Positions 18,788 to 26,544 of a stretch of DNA of 32,434 bases are shown piece after piece. The stretch comes from Clostridiales bacterium UBA4362. Its GTDB lineage: Bacteria > Bacillota > Clostridia > TANB77 > CAG-508. The translations under genes and the position numbers were made by a program. The stretch covers positions 1-32,434 of the forward strand of contig DGSM01000125.1 of the NCBI GenBank assembly GCA_002393975.1, given 5' to 3'. The notes below the pieces were generated by a model, which was given only the letters and a program-made list of their open reading frames with translations, was not told the origin of the DNA and did not search any database. The stretch's first letter is position 1. The number at the start of each line of letters is the position of its first letter.

Positions 18788-20237
18788 AATATAATATATT
18801 ATTTTCTATTTTTTCTAATTTTAATTCTTCATCATTAGTTCCTTGAAGAATCTTTTCTGTTTTCAAAGTTTGTGCATTATAAATATATATTCCATCATAA
18901 GGAATGTTATATACAAATCTGCTATCATCTAGTTTTAGTATTTTCATTCCATTCGTTTTATTGATAGAAGAATCTATTGATTTTCTGTCAATTGAATAGA
19001 AGTCAAATGAATGTGTTTCCTCATTTTCATGAACTTGGAATAGCTTTGTAGTAGCTGCTGCCCAATTGTTATCTGGATTTCTCTTTCCTAATTCATCCAA
19101 GTATCTTAACTTCTCTGCAAAGAAAACTGCATCATTTTTTATATCCAAATCAGTATTTGGAGGTACTTTTCCATTTCTTAAGTCATCCATTGTTACATCA
19201 TTTGTTATATATCCTTGATAATTGCTATATATAGTTATTCCATTATTGTTTCCTCCAAAATGAAGCTTAAAACCTAATGTTGGATAAAACGCTGAAATAT
19301 CATCATCTTTTTCAGTAGAACTTTCTGGATTAGGATATAATACATTTAATTCATTATAGAAACTGGTAACATCCCCATCTTTGTTTAACTTAGTAAATAA
19401 TTCTGCAAAAGTTTTATTATCAGTAGCATTTAATTTAGCAACTTCATAAATTGAAATTTGTCCATCATAGAAAAATGCATATATGTCATTTGATCTATAA
19501 CCAATTAGACTATTATTGCTATATGTATAAGTAGGTGTTCCTAACTTTTGAATAATTGCATCATTAGTCATTCCTACTGTAATACCATTAACTATTTGTC
19601 CTTTATAATTATTAGTGAATATAATATTATAAATTTTGGTTCCTAAAGTTCTTATATAATAACCTTCATCATAATAAACATCATATTTGTTAACAGATGT
19701 TTCTATAGTTCCCAATGAAGCTTTACGTCTTTCCCATTTACTATTTATTATTGAGTTTAAAACATCTGAATTGATATTTAGTTCTGTTATATCTTTTTTG
19801 GCTAGTTCATTTTGTTTTTTAGCTTGTTCCACTTTAAAATAGTCATCAACATTATTGATACTATAATATGAGTTATATGTAGAAAAATCATATTTAACCC
19901 TAACTACAACATCTTTTTCTTCATCAATGATTCTAAAATTAGATTGAAGTTTAGCAGTTAAATCTACAACTACATTATCGTAAAAAGTCTCTTCAGCATA
20001 GCCATTTTCTTCTATAGGTGGAAATTTTAATTTCGCATATATGTCATAATCATATCCCTTTTCAGAAGATTTTGTTTCCTTAATTAGTTCACTACCATGA
20101 TATGCTAGTATTTCACTTACATCTGGCAATTTGCTTCCTGAAAGTGACATTCTATAGAAAATGACAGAACCTATCATAACTGCAAGTAAAAGAATTAATA
20201 ATATAATAAAAACTTTCTTTAATCTTTTTTCTTTCAT
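18759..20237 (-). CDS. Membrane-anchored extracellular protein of unknown function; paralog of 16134..17645
   Basis: N-terminal TM; full-length collinear similarity to 16134..17645; GAGGA RBS. Confidence 0.8.
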   Translation of the reverse strand: MKEKRLKKVFIILLILLLAVMIGSVIFYRMSLSGSKLPDVSEILAYHGSELIKETKSSEKGYDYDIYAKLKFPPIEENGYAEETFYDNVVVDLTAKLQSNFRIIDEEKDVVVRVKYDFSTYNSYYSINNVDDYFKVEQAKKQNELAKKDITELNINSDVLNSIINSKWERRKASLGTIETSVNKYDVYYDEGYYIRTLGTKIYNIIFTNNYKGQIVNGITVGMTNDAIIQKLGTPTYTYSNNSLIGYRSNDIYAFFYDGQISIYEVAKLNATDNKTFAELFTKLNKDGDVTSFYNELNVLYPNPESSTEKDDDISAFYPTLGFKLHFGGNNNGITIYSNYQGYITNDVTMDDLRNGKVPPNTDLDIKNDAVFFAEKLRYLDELGKRNPDNNWAAATTKLFQVHENEETHSFDFYSIDRKSIDSSINKTNGMKILKLDDSRFVYNIPYDGIYIYNAQTLKTEKILQGTNDEELKLEKIENNILYYDNKTLPIG

Positions 20238-20257
20238 TTTTCCTCTTAATTTACATT

Positions 20258-21550
20258 TTATGAAGCACCAGCAGGACCTCCTGCATGACCGCCTCCATGT
20301 CCACGTCCTCCTATAAACATTTTAACTGGTTGTAAGATTAGTGACATGATTCCAAACGATGTTATTCCTCTTCTTTCTCTTATTCCTAGTACTTTCTTTA
20401 TAGCCTTTTCACCTTGTCCCATTGAAATTATCATTATTATTGCAAGTAATGGAACTTCTGACATAATTACACCAGCAGTGAATACGAAGATGATATATAC
20501 TAAGCACTCAATAGGTCCAAGGAATATCTCATTTATTATTTTATGAAGCCAAGCAGTAAATGCTTGCGCTTTACTATCTTTCATTTTGTCTAAAGAGTAT
20601 GTAACTGTAACTAATGGAGAGATTGCTACTAAATAATAGAAGTGAACCATTCTTGATAAGAATAATATGAAATATTTAAGTTCATGATATACAAGTACAT
20701 ATATCATAACAACTACACCAAATTTTTGAGCTCCTTTTGCTTTCCAAACTGATGTGAACATATTTCCTACAAGTTCTTCTTCTGAGAAGTCGCTTTCCAT
20801 AGCTTCCATTGCTTCTCTAAATATTTTAGTAATAATTTTTGATATATATAGTAGTCCATAAATCAAGAAGTGCATTAAGAACAATAAACATAAAGATATT
20901 AACCAGTTAGTAAGCATTTGCTTATATTTTGCCTGTGCTTCAGCTACTGTTGCTAATGCCATCCTAAGTCCTATATAAACAACTATAATTGCACATAGAA
21001 CTATAGCAAGATTTCTTAATGCTATGTACCATAATTGAATATTTGGTCTTATCGTTCCATGTAAGTCTTTATATTTTCCTTCAGTAGGTTTTGTATCAAA
21101 AATGTCAATATCAAATAAATCATATTCTCCTGCGACACATTTTTGTATAGTGAAACAATCCTTAAAAGAATGTATAAATGTGTGTTCTACTGCACTAGTC
21201 ATTAAATATGATAATAATTGAATTGGAATTAGGAATAATCCACATATTACACCTATTACCGCATCAAAAATTGAACTTCCTGGATCAAGCGAACTTGTTT
21301 GTGCTTGTTCAGGAGTATCATCATCAGTTCCTCCAACAGTAACTGTTGAAGTACCTTTTTCTTCTGCTTCATTTAATGCACCTGGATTAGTTTCACTTAC
21401 AGTATTGTATGGATATATACTATTATATTCATCCTTCGCATAAGTTCGCGGACAAAAAATGGGCAGTAAAATTGAAAAAATTATAGAAATAGTTAACAAT
21501 CTATATAATATTGTTTTCATTTTACCCCCCATTTGTTTAAAATCTATCAT
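20258..21550 (-). CDS. VirB6/TrbL-like polytopic T4SS membrane protein, short-tailed
   Basis: WYIALRNL, AQAKYKQML, LSRM...ISPLVTVTYSLDK...AFTAW. 4-nt ATGA overlap with virB4; alternative start at 21520. Confidence 0.75.
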   Translation of the reverse strand: MIDFKQMGGKMKTILYRLLTISIIFSILLPIFCPRTYAKDEYNSIYPYNTVSETNPGALNEAEEKGTSTVTVGGTDDDTPEQAQTSSLDPGSSIFDAVIGVICGLFLIPIQLLSYLMTSAVEHTFIHSFKDCFTIQKCVAGEYDLFDIDIFDTKPTEGKYKDLHGTIRPNIQLWYIALRNLAIVLCAIIVVYIGLRMALATVAEAQAKYKQMLTNWLISLCLLFLMHFLIYGLLYISKIITKIFREAMEAMESDFSEEELVGNMFTSVWKAKGAQKFGVVVMIYVLVYHELKYFILFLSRMVHFYYLVAISPLVTVTYSLDKMKDSKAQAFTAWLHKIINEIFLGPIECLVYIIFVFTAGVIMSEVPLLAIIMIISMGQGEKAIKKVLGIRERRGITSFGIMSLILQPVKMFIGGRGHGGGHAGGPAGAS

Positions 21551-23496
21551 TCTTTACCTTCTGCTCTTGCTTTAATACTATTTAAGTTAGTATCAATAAA
21601 TTCAAATTCTTTCTTAGTAGGTCTAATCTCAATAATAGCTGTTTGCTCTCCAACTTTAAATAAACCTTGTCCTCTAGCACATGTTGTTAAGAAATCAGCT
21701 TCACCATTACTTAGTTTGAATACTTCTTTAATATATTGTATTTCTGATTTATCCTGAGCCAAGAATAGTTTAGTATCTGAAGATGTTAAAACTGCTTGTA
21801 CTTCTGTTTTCTCATAGAAATCTTGGAATCTCTGTGAAACAACTGCTAGGCTGACATTTCTTTTTCTAGCACGTCTAGCCATTTTATTTAAGAAGTCAAC
21901 CGCTTCTGGGAATGGAAGTAACATCCATGCCTCATCGACTAGTACTCTCTTCTTACCAGCTTTAGTTTTATCTTCACTATTTTTCTTAACATATTTTTCC
22001 CAAACCCAAGAAAGAAGTATTTGTTGTGCAAGTGGTCTTGCAAATCTCTCTTCAAGTTCTGATATATCTAAGTTAATAAATTGTGTTCCATCTAATAAAT
22101 CAAATGTTGATTGTCCATCAAAATATGACATAGGACCATTAAATTCTCTAACATATTGTCTCATAACCTTAATTAGATAACTATAGTGGAATCTATAATC
22201 AGGATTTTGATTAGAATTAGCATTATTTAAAATTCTATGGAACCAACTTCCTATTGTTGGCATAGGTTTCTTTTTTCTACCTAAGAAATCATTTTGAGAA
22301 ACATTTTGCTGATTTAATGCATATAATGAGTTAACGTTATTGTTAATACCTAATGATGCATATTCTTCAGCTGCCGCTTCTGAAATAATTTGTTTTGTGA
22401 TTTCATTTACATCTGAAGATTGTGTACTTCCTCTTGCCATTGTTAATAGAATTTGTGAAACATCCTCTACTTTGTTTTCAACATTCAAAACTGCTCTTTC
22501 TATACCAGTAATTTCATCTTTTGAAATTTCAGGCTCAATATCGAAAGGATTGATAATTGTTGTAGAGTTTGGAGAAATTTTTACATTAACACCACCTAAA
22601 GCTTCTGCAACAACTCCATACTCACCTTCAGCATCAAGTGCTAAACTTTCAATTCCTTGAAGAATTGCACTTCTAGCTATAATAGTTTTAATAGTAACAC
22701 CTTTACCAGCACCAGACTTACCGAATATAACCATGTTATAGTTTGATAAAGTTGAACTAAAATTATCAAATAATATAGGTAACCCAGTTTGTCTATTAAA
22801 TCCTATTGGAATTCCTGTCTCGTGTCCAACATCTGAATTAATGAATGGGAAAACAGTTGCCATTGATCTACGATCAAAAGTATGATTTTTAGCTAATTTG
22901 TTTTCGCCAAGAGGAAGGTTTGTTTTAAAAGCTTCTTCTTGTAATGCCCATGCATTTTTTAATCCTATTAATGTTTTTGACATTTCAGATGATAAAAGTT
23001 CTGTTTGTCTATCTAACTCATCCATATCATATGCAAATAACGTACATATGATTGAAGCTTCAAATAATTTATCCAAACCACTAGCTATCGCATCTCTTAG
23101 TTCCTCTGCTTCAGCTCTCTTTTGGGCAAGCATTGATTCACGGTTAATGTTTCCTCTATCTGCTGCAACAATTCTTTCAGATTCTAGAGTATTAATTGTT
23201 CTATTTAATTCTGTTTGTGATTTTGATTCACTTATTGGATTAATAAATATTGAAACATTTATATCTCCAAAGTTATACATTCCTCTTAAGAACTCTGGGA
23301 ATGTACACATTCTAGGAAGTAATGAAACAATCATACTTCTAGCATACTTTGTATTATTAGAAACTATTTCGATATGATTTGTACTAGTAGCATCAATTCC
23401 TGATGGAGCTATTAAATCTTTAATATCTTTTTTATTTCTTTCAAGAATTCTAATTTCTTTCTTTTCTTCTTGAACTGCTACTTCTTTATTAGCCAT
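21547..23496 (-). CDS. virB4: VirB4-family T4SS ATPase
   Basis: Walker A GKSGAGKG, LDAEGEY, INPFD, Walker B VLVDEAW, RRARKRNVSLAVVSQ; N-terminal DLIAPS; GGAGG RBS. Confidence 0.92.
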   Translation of the reverse strand: MANKEVAVQEEKKEIRILERNKKDIKDLIAPSGIDATSTNHIEIVSNNTKYARSMIVSLLPRMCTFPEFLRGMYNFGDINVSIFINPISESKSQTELNRTINTLESERIVAADRGNINRESMLAQKRAEAEELRDAIASGLDKLFEASIICTLFAYDMDELDRQTELLSSEMSKTLIGLKNAWALQEEAFKTNLPLGENKLAKNHTFDRRSMATVFPFINSDVGHETGIPIGFNRQTGLPILFDNFSSTLSNYNMVIFGKSGAGKGVTIKTIIARSAILQGIESLALDAEGEYGVVAEALGGVNVKISPNSTTIINPFDIEPEISKDEITGIERAVLNVENKVEDVSQILLTMARGSTQSSDVNEITKQIISEAAAEEYASLGINNNVNSLYALNQQNVSQNDFLGRKKKPMPTIGSWFHRILNNANSNQNPDYRFHYSYLIKVMRQYVREFNGPMSYFDGQSTFDLLDGTQFINLDISELEERFARPLAQQILLSWVWEKYVKKNSEDKTKAGKKRVLVDEAWMLLPFPEAVDFLNKMARRARKRNVSLAVVSQRFQDFYEKTEVQAVLTSSDTKLFLAQDKSEIQYIKEVFKLSNGEADFLTTCARGQGLFKVGEQTAIIEIRPTKKEFEFIDTNLNSIKARAEGKE

Positions 23497-23513
23497 TCTT
23501 TCGTTACCTCCAA

Positions 23514-24719
23514 TTATTTATTTGTTGCAACTTGGTTGTTTGTTACTGGTTGAATAGGATTTACTATTTTACCATTTTCATCAAATCTCGCATTATTGAT
23601 ATTATTAACTGTCTTAGCATAAAGAGGAGCACTCATTTCTTCCTTATATGTATTTACCATTTCTTGTGCTCTTTCTCTTACTTGTCTGGTTCTTCTTGCT
23701 TTTTCTTCTCTTAATTCTTGGTCAGCTTTCATTAAACTTTGAGAAGCTAGAGTAGCAGCCTGCTCTTCTACTTGTTGTTCTATTTTTCTCTTTCTCTCTT
23801 CAAAAGCATCTCTACCAGTAGAATATAATCTGTCATATTCAGCATTAAGCGCATTTGATAATGTATATGTTTCAGCTTCATCTCTGTTGTATGCAATATA
23901 TAGAAGTTCAGCTAGTTCTTCAGAATCAAGAACTTTTGCAGATACTTCTGCAGATCCTATAGCTCTAATTACTGTTTGAGCTCTTGTATACAATTCAGAG
24001 AATACTAAATCATTTATTTCATCAGCATTATATTTTGATGAATCTCCTAATTCAGAAACAAAATAACTTAAAACTAAATATGTTTTTTGATGTAACATAT
24101 TTTTATTTTCATTCATTCTTTGAGTATACTCTTCTATTGATTCACCATACTCTAAAATGTTTTGTCTTCTTCTCTTATCAAATTCAAGTTTCTCTAGTAA
24201 TTCTTTGTTACCATTTTCTTTTGCAACTAAGATTTGACCATTAATTCTTGCTATTTGATCTTTTATAGCATCAGTTCTCTTACCATAGCTATTCAACAAT
24301 TCAGTTAGATCTAATTTTCTTGTTTGAACATATAATTGAATTGGGAATCTTAAAGTGTTTAAGAATTCAATAAATCCATTTTCAACTGCATACTTTTCTT
24401 CTTCAGATAATAAGTCATAGTTGATACCTTGACATTGAAGTACCATAGCAAATTGGCTTCTGTTTCTTCTGATAATCATGTTATCTTTTATTTCATCAAA
24501 TTCTATGAACTTATAAATTGAGTTCATTTCTTTACCAGTTCTAGTTATTAAATTAGGATTATTTAGAACAGTTTGGTTTTTGTCTTTTATTAATTGTTGC
24601 TCTTGTTCAATTTGTTTTCTTCTCATATTAAGAATAATAACTATTGCTACAATTCCTAATACAAAAATTAAAATTACAATTACTATTAATAAGATATTTA
24701 ATATTTGAATAGTATCCAT
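23514..24719 (-). CDS. VirB4-associated membrane-anchored protein resembling a separately encoded VirB4/TraC N-terminal module, with coiled coils
   Basis: IKDNMII...VLQCQGINYDLLSEEEK...FIEFLNTLRFPIQLYVQTRKLD; lies between the prgI-like gene and virB4. Confidence 0.7.
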   Translation of the reverse strand: MDTIQILNILLIVIVILIFVLGIVAIVIILNMRRKQIEQEQQLIKDKNQTVLNNPNLITRTGKEMNSIYKFIEFDEIKDNMIIRRNRSQFAMVLQCQGINYDLLSEEEKYAVENGFIEFLNTLRFPIQLYVQTRKLDLTELLNSYGKRTDAIKDQIARINGQILVAKENGNKELLEKLEFDKRRRQNILEYGESIEEYTQRMNENKNMLHQKTYLVLSYFVSELGDSSKYNADEINDLVFSELYTRAQTVIRAIGSAEVSAKVLDSEELAELLYIAYNRDEAETYTLSNALNAEYDRLYSTGRDAFEERKRKIEQQVEEQAATLASQSLMKADQELREEKARRTRQVRERAQEMVNTYKEEMSAPLYAKTVNNINNARFDENGKIVNPIQPVTNNQVATNK

Positions 24720-24721
24720 TA

Positions 24722-25171
24722 TTATCTAGCCTCCTTGCTACTTCCGGTATTAGCCGGTATATTATTTTCTTCTGATTTTCCACGAAGATTAAAAATATCA
24801 AAGCTTGTAGTTTGAATTGTTGTATAGGTTGGGTCTTCTCTTTCAATTCCATATACATAGATTTTTTTGCTTTTTTTGAAAGCTAGATACTTCATGATAA
24901 TTTCATCTATGTAATCTCCTGCATAGTTTCTTCCAAGTTTTCCAGTACTAGTCTCTGGAATCTTAATTGAACCTATTGCATATCCTATTAATGCTAATAC
25001 AACTAAAAATCCAATTCCAACAGGTTTTAGTCCTATACTGGAAAAAATTAAATAAAAAACAAAACCAATTCCAGCACCAACAGCAGTATAAATTAATCCT
25101 TTAGTTGTAAATATATAAAGAAATCTTCCTTCTCCTTTTAGTTTATTACTAGGTATATAATAACTTCCCAT
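24722..25171 (-). CDS. PrgI-family (VirB3-like) small membrane protein
   Basis: YYIPxxxKGExRFLxIFTxKxLIY followed by two TM helices; canonical position upstream of virB4. Confidence 0.75.
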   Translation of the reverse strand: MGSYYIPSNKLKGEGRFLYIFTTKGLIYTAVGAGIGFVFYLIFSSIGLKPVGIGFLVVLALIGYAIGSIKIPETSTGKLGRNYAGDYIDEIIMKYLAFKKSKKIYVYGIEREDPTYTTIQTTSFDIFNLRGKSEENNIPANTGSSKEAR

Positions 25172-25182
25172 CTTTCGTTCTC

Positions 25183-25572
25183 CTATTTAATATTTTGTAC
25201 AAAGAAATTAGATACAATATCAGCAATACCTATTCCTCCATAAACTAAAGCTATTGCTATAAAATACCATATTATTTTTTCTTTTATTTTAGACTTATCA
25301 TTTGGTTCAGACATCATGTATTTGACACCTAATATAAGTCCACTAACAACAACTACTACTGTAGCAATGGTAAACAAAACATTTGTAACAACTTCTAGAT
25401 CAGTTGCCGCCTGTTCAACTGTTATAGGCACATCACCTTCAGGTTTCACAAAATCGTTAGATTTGCTAATTATATCTCCACAAGCAAATGATATATTTGT
25501 CATTAGATGAATTAACACAAAAAACATAACAGCGATTATAAAAATTTTTCGAATGTAATTTTCTCTTTTCAT
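25183..25572 (-). CDS. TrbC/VirB2-like pilin 3
   Basis: Signal peptide (..ISFA); two hydrophobic helices flanking GVKYMMSEPNDKSKIKEK. Confidence 0.75.
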   Translation of the reverse strand: MKRENYIRKIFIIAVMFFVLIHLMTNISFACGDIISKSNDFVKPEGDVPITVEQAATDLEVVTNVLFTIATVVVVVSGLILGVKYMMSEPNDKSKIKEKIIWYFIAIALVYGGIGIADIVSNFFVQNIK

Positions 25573-25605
25573 TTTTCCCTCATTTTATTAAAAATATTCC
25601 ATTTC

Positions 25606-25634
25606 ATTATATTTATAAAAAGCCTGTCTATCAA
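25606..25634 (-). promoter_or_regulatory. Sigma-A-type promoter for pilin 3-prgI-virB4 operon
   Basis: TTGATA (25634-25629), 17 nt spacer, TATAAT (25611-25606) on the minus strand. Confidence 0.7.
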
Positions 25635-25680
25635 TCCTAAAAGCATTATTTTAATATTATTGTAACAAATGAATATGCAC

Positions 25681-25710
25681 AAAAAAAGTAGGCCAAAAAA
25701 GCCCACTTTT
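25681..25710 (-). terminator. Intrinsic terminator after pilin 2
   Basis: Minus strand AAAAGUGGGC-loop-GCCUAC followed by U7. Confidence 0.75.
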
Positions 25711-25726
25711 GTTATTATTTTATTCT

Positions 25727-26023
25727 TTATATGGTATTTACTGCAAATCCACCAACAATTCTAATAATTGATCCAATTGCAAACAAGAAAACTGCTCCAG
25801 CAATTGCAGGTACCATTCTTTCTTTTATCTGTGCTTTACCATCAGGAGCAGCAGATATAAACTTTACCCCAAGAATTATTAGAATGATAACAGCAGCGCC
25901 ATAACATATCATTTGAGCAACTTTGATTACAGCACCAGCTGCACCTGTATCACTAAACTCAGGTTTAATATGTTCTTTTAAATTAAATGCAGTAGTTAAT
26001 AAATTATTATATAAATCTTTCAT
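25727..26023 (-). CDS. TrbC/VirB2-like pilin 2 (no obvious hydrophobic signal peptide)
   Basis: GAAVIILIILGVKFISAAPDGKAQIKERMVPAIAGAVFLF; close paralog of pilin 1. Confidence 0.8.
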   Translation of the reverse strand: MKDLYNNLLTTAFNLKEHIKPEFSDTGAAGAVIKVAQMICYGAAVIILIILGVKFISAAPDGKAQIKERMVPAIAGAVFLFAIGSIIRIVGGFAVNTI

Positions 26024-26040
26024 TTAAAAAGTCTCTCTAT

Positions 26041-26090
26041 AAAAAAAATAAGGGGCACTTAAATAAGAAAATACTCACATGCCCCTTTAT
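26041..26090 (-). terminator. Intrinsic terminator after pilin 1
   Basis: Minus strand AAGGGGCA...UGCCCCUU stem followed by A-U8. Confidence 0.7.
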
Positions 26091-26094
26091 ATTA

Positions 26095-26472
26095 TTAGCC
26101 CTGTCCTGCAGCGCTACCAATTGTGTTATCAGCAAATCCTTTAACTATTTGTAATACAGCAGTAGCAGCAAATAATATTATAGCACCTACAACATATTGT
26201 ACTGAGCTCTTCTTAATTTCAGCTTTTCCGTCTGGTGATGCAGTAATATATTTAATTCCTAAAAACATCAACATAATAACAGCAGCACCAAAAGCAATAA
26301 TTTGTATAACTGTAATTAAAGCTGTTACAACATTGTTTACTGCAGTACTAGTTTTTACATCCAAATTTCCACCTGATGGAACAGAAACACCTAATACAAC
26401 ACTAAAAGATGTGGCTAAAATTCCAATTAAGAATAATACTAAAACGATTTTTATATATTTTCTTAATTTCAT
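26095..26472 (-). CDS. TrbC/VirB2-like pilin 1 (probable major pilin)
   Basis: Signal peptide; GAAVIMLMFLGIKYITASPDGKAEIKKSSVQYVVGAIILF; AAGGAGG RBS at 26481-26487. Confidence 0.8.
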   Translation of the reverse strand: MKLRKYIKIVLVLFLIGILATSFSVVLGVSVPSGGNLDVKTSTAVNNVVTALITVIQIIAFGAAVIMLMFLGIKYITASPDGKAEIKKSSVQYVVGAIILFAATAVLQIVKGFADNTIGSAAGQG

Positions 26473-26507
26473 TATAATTTCCTCCTTTTTTCTAATATCA
26501 TGAATAT

Positions 26508-26536
26508 ATTATATTTAATCTTTAGCGCGTTGTCAA
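26508..26536 (-). promoter_or_regulatory. Perfect consensus sigma-A promoter at the head of the T4SS-like locus
   Basis: TTGACA (26536-26531), 17 nt spacer, TATAAT (26513-26508). Confidence 0.9.
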
Positions 26537-26544
26537 TACACTTT

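Noticed and set aside
25183-26472. Type IV (PilA/ComG) pilins
   Set aside because: No class III signal (G|FTLxE); the hairpin with a central K-A/S-x-I-K loop fits TrbC/VirB2-type pilins.
1-26536. Calling the locus an ICE or conjugative transposon
   Set aside because: No integrase, relaxase, coupling protein, oriT-like or att feature is seen in the window. It cannot be fully excluded because the left end is missing, so it is not annotated as a mobile element.
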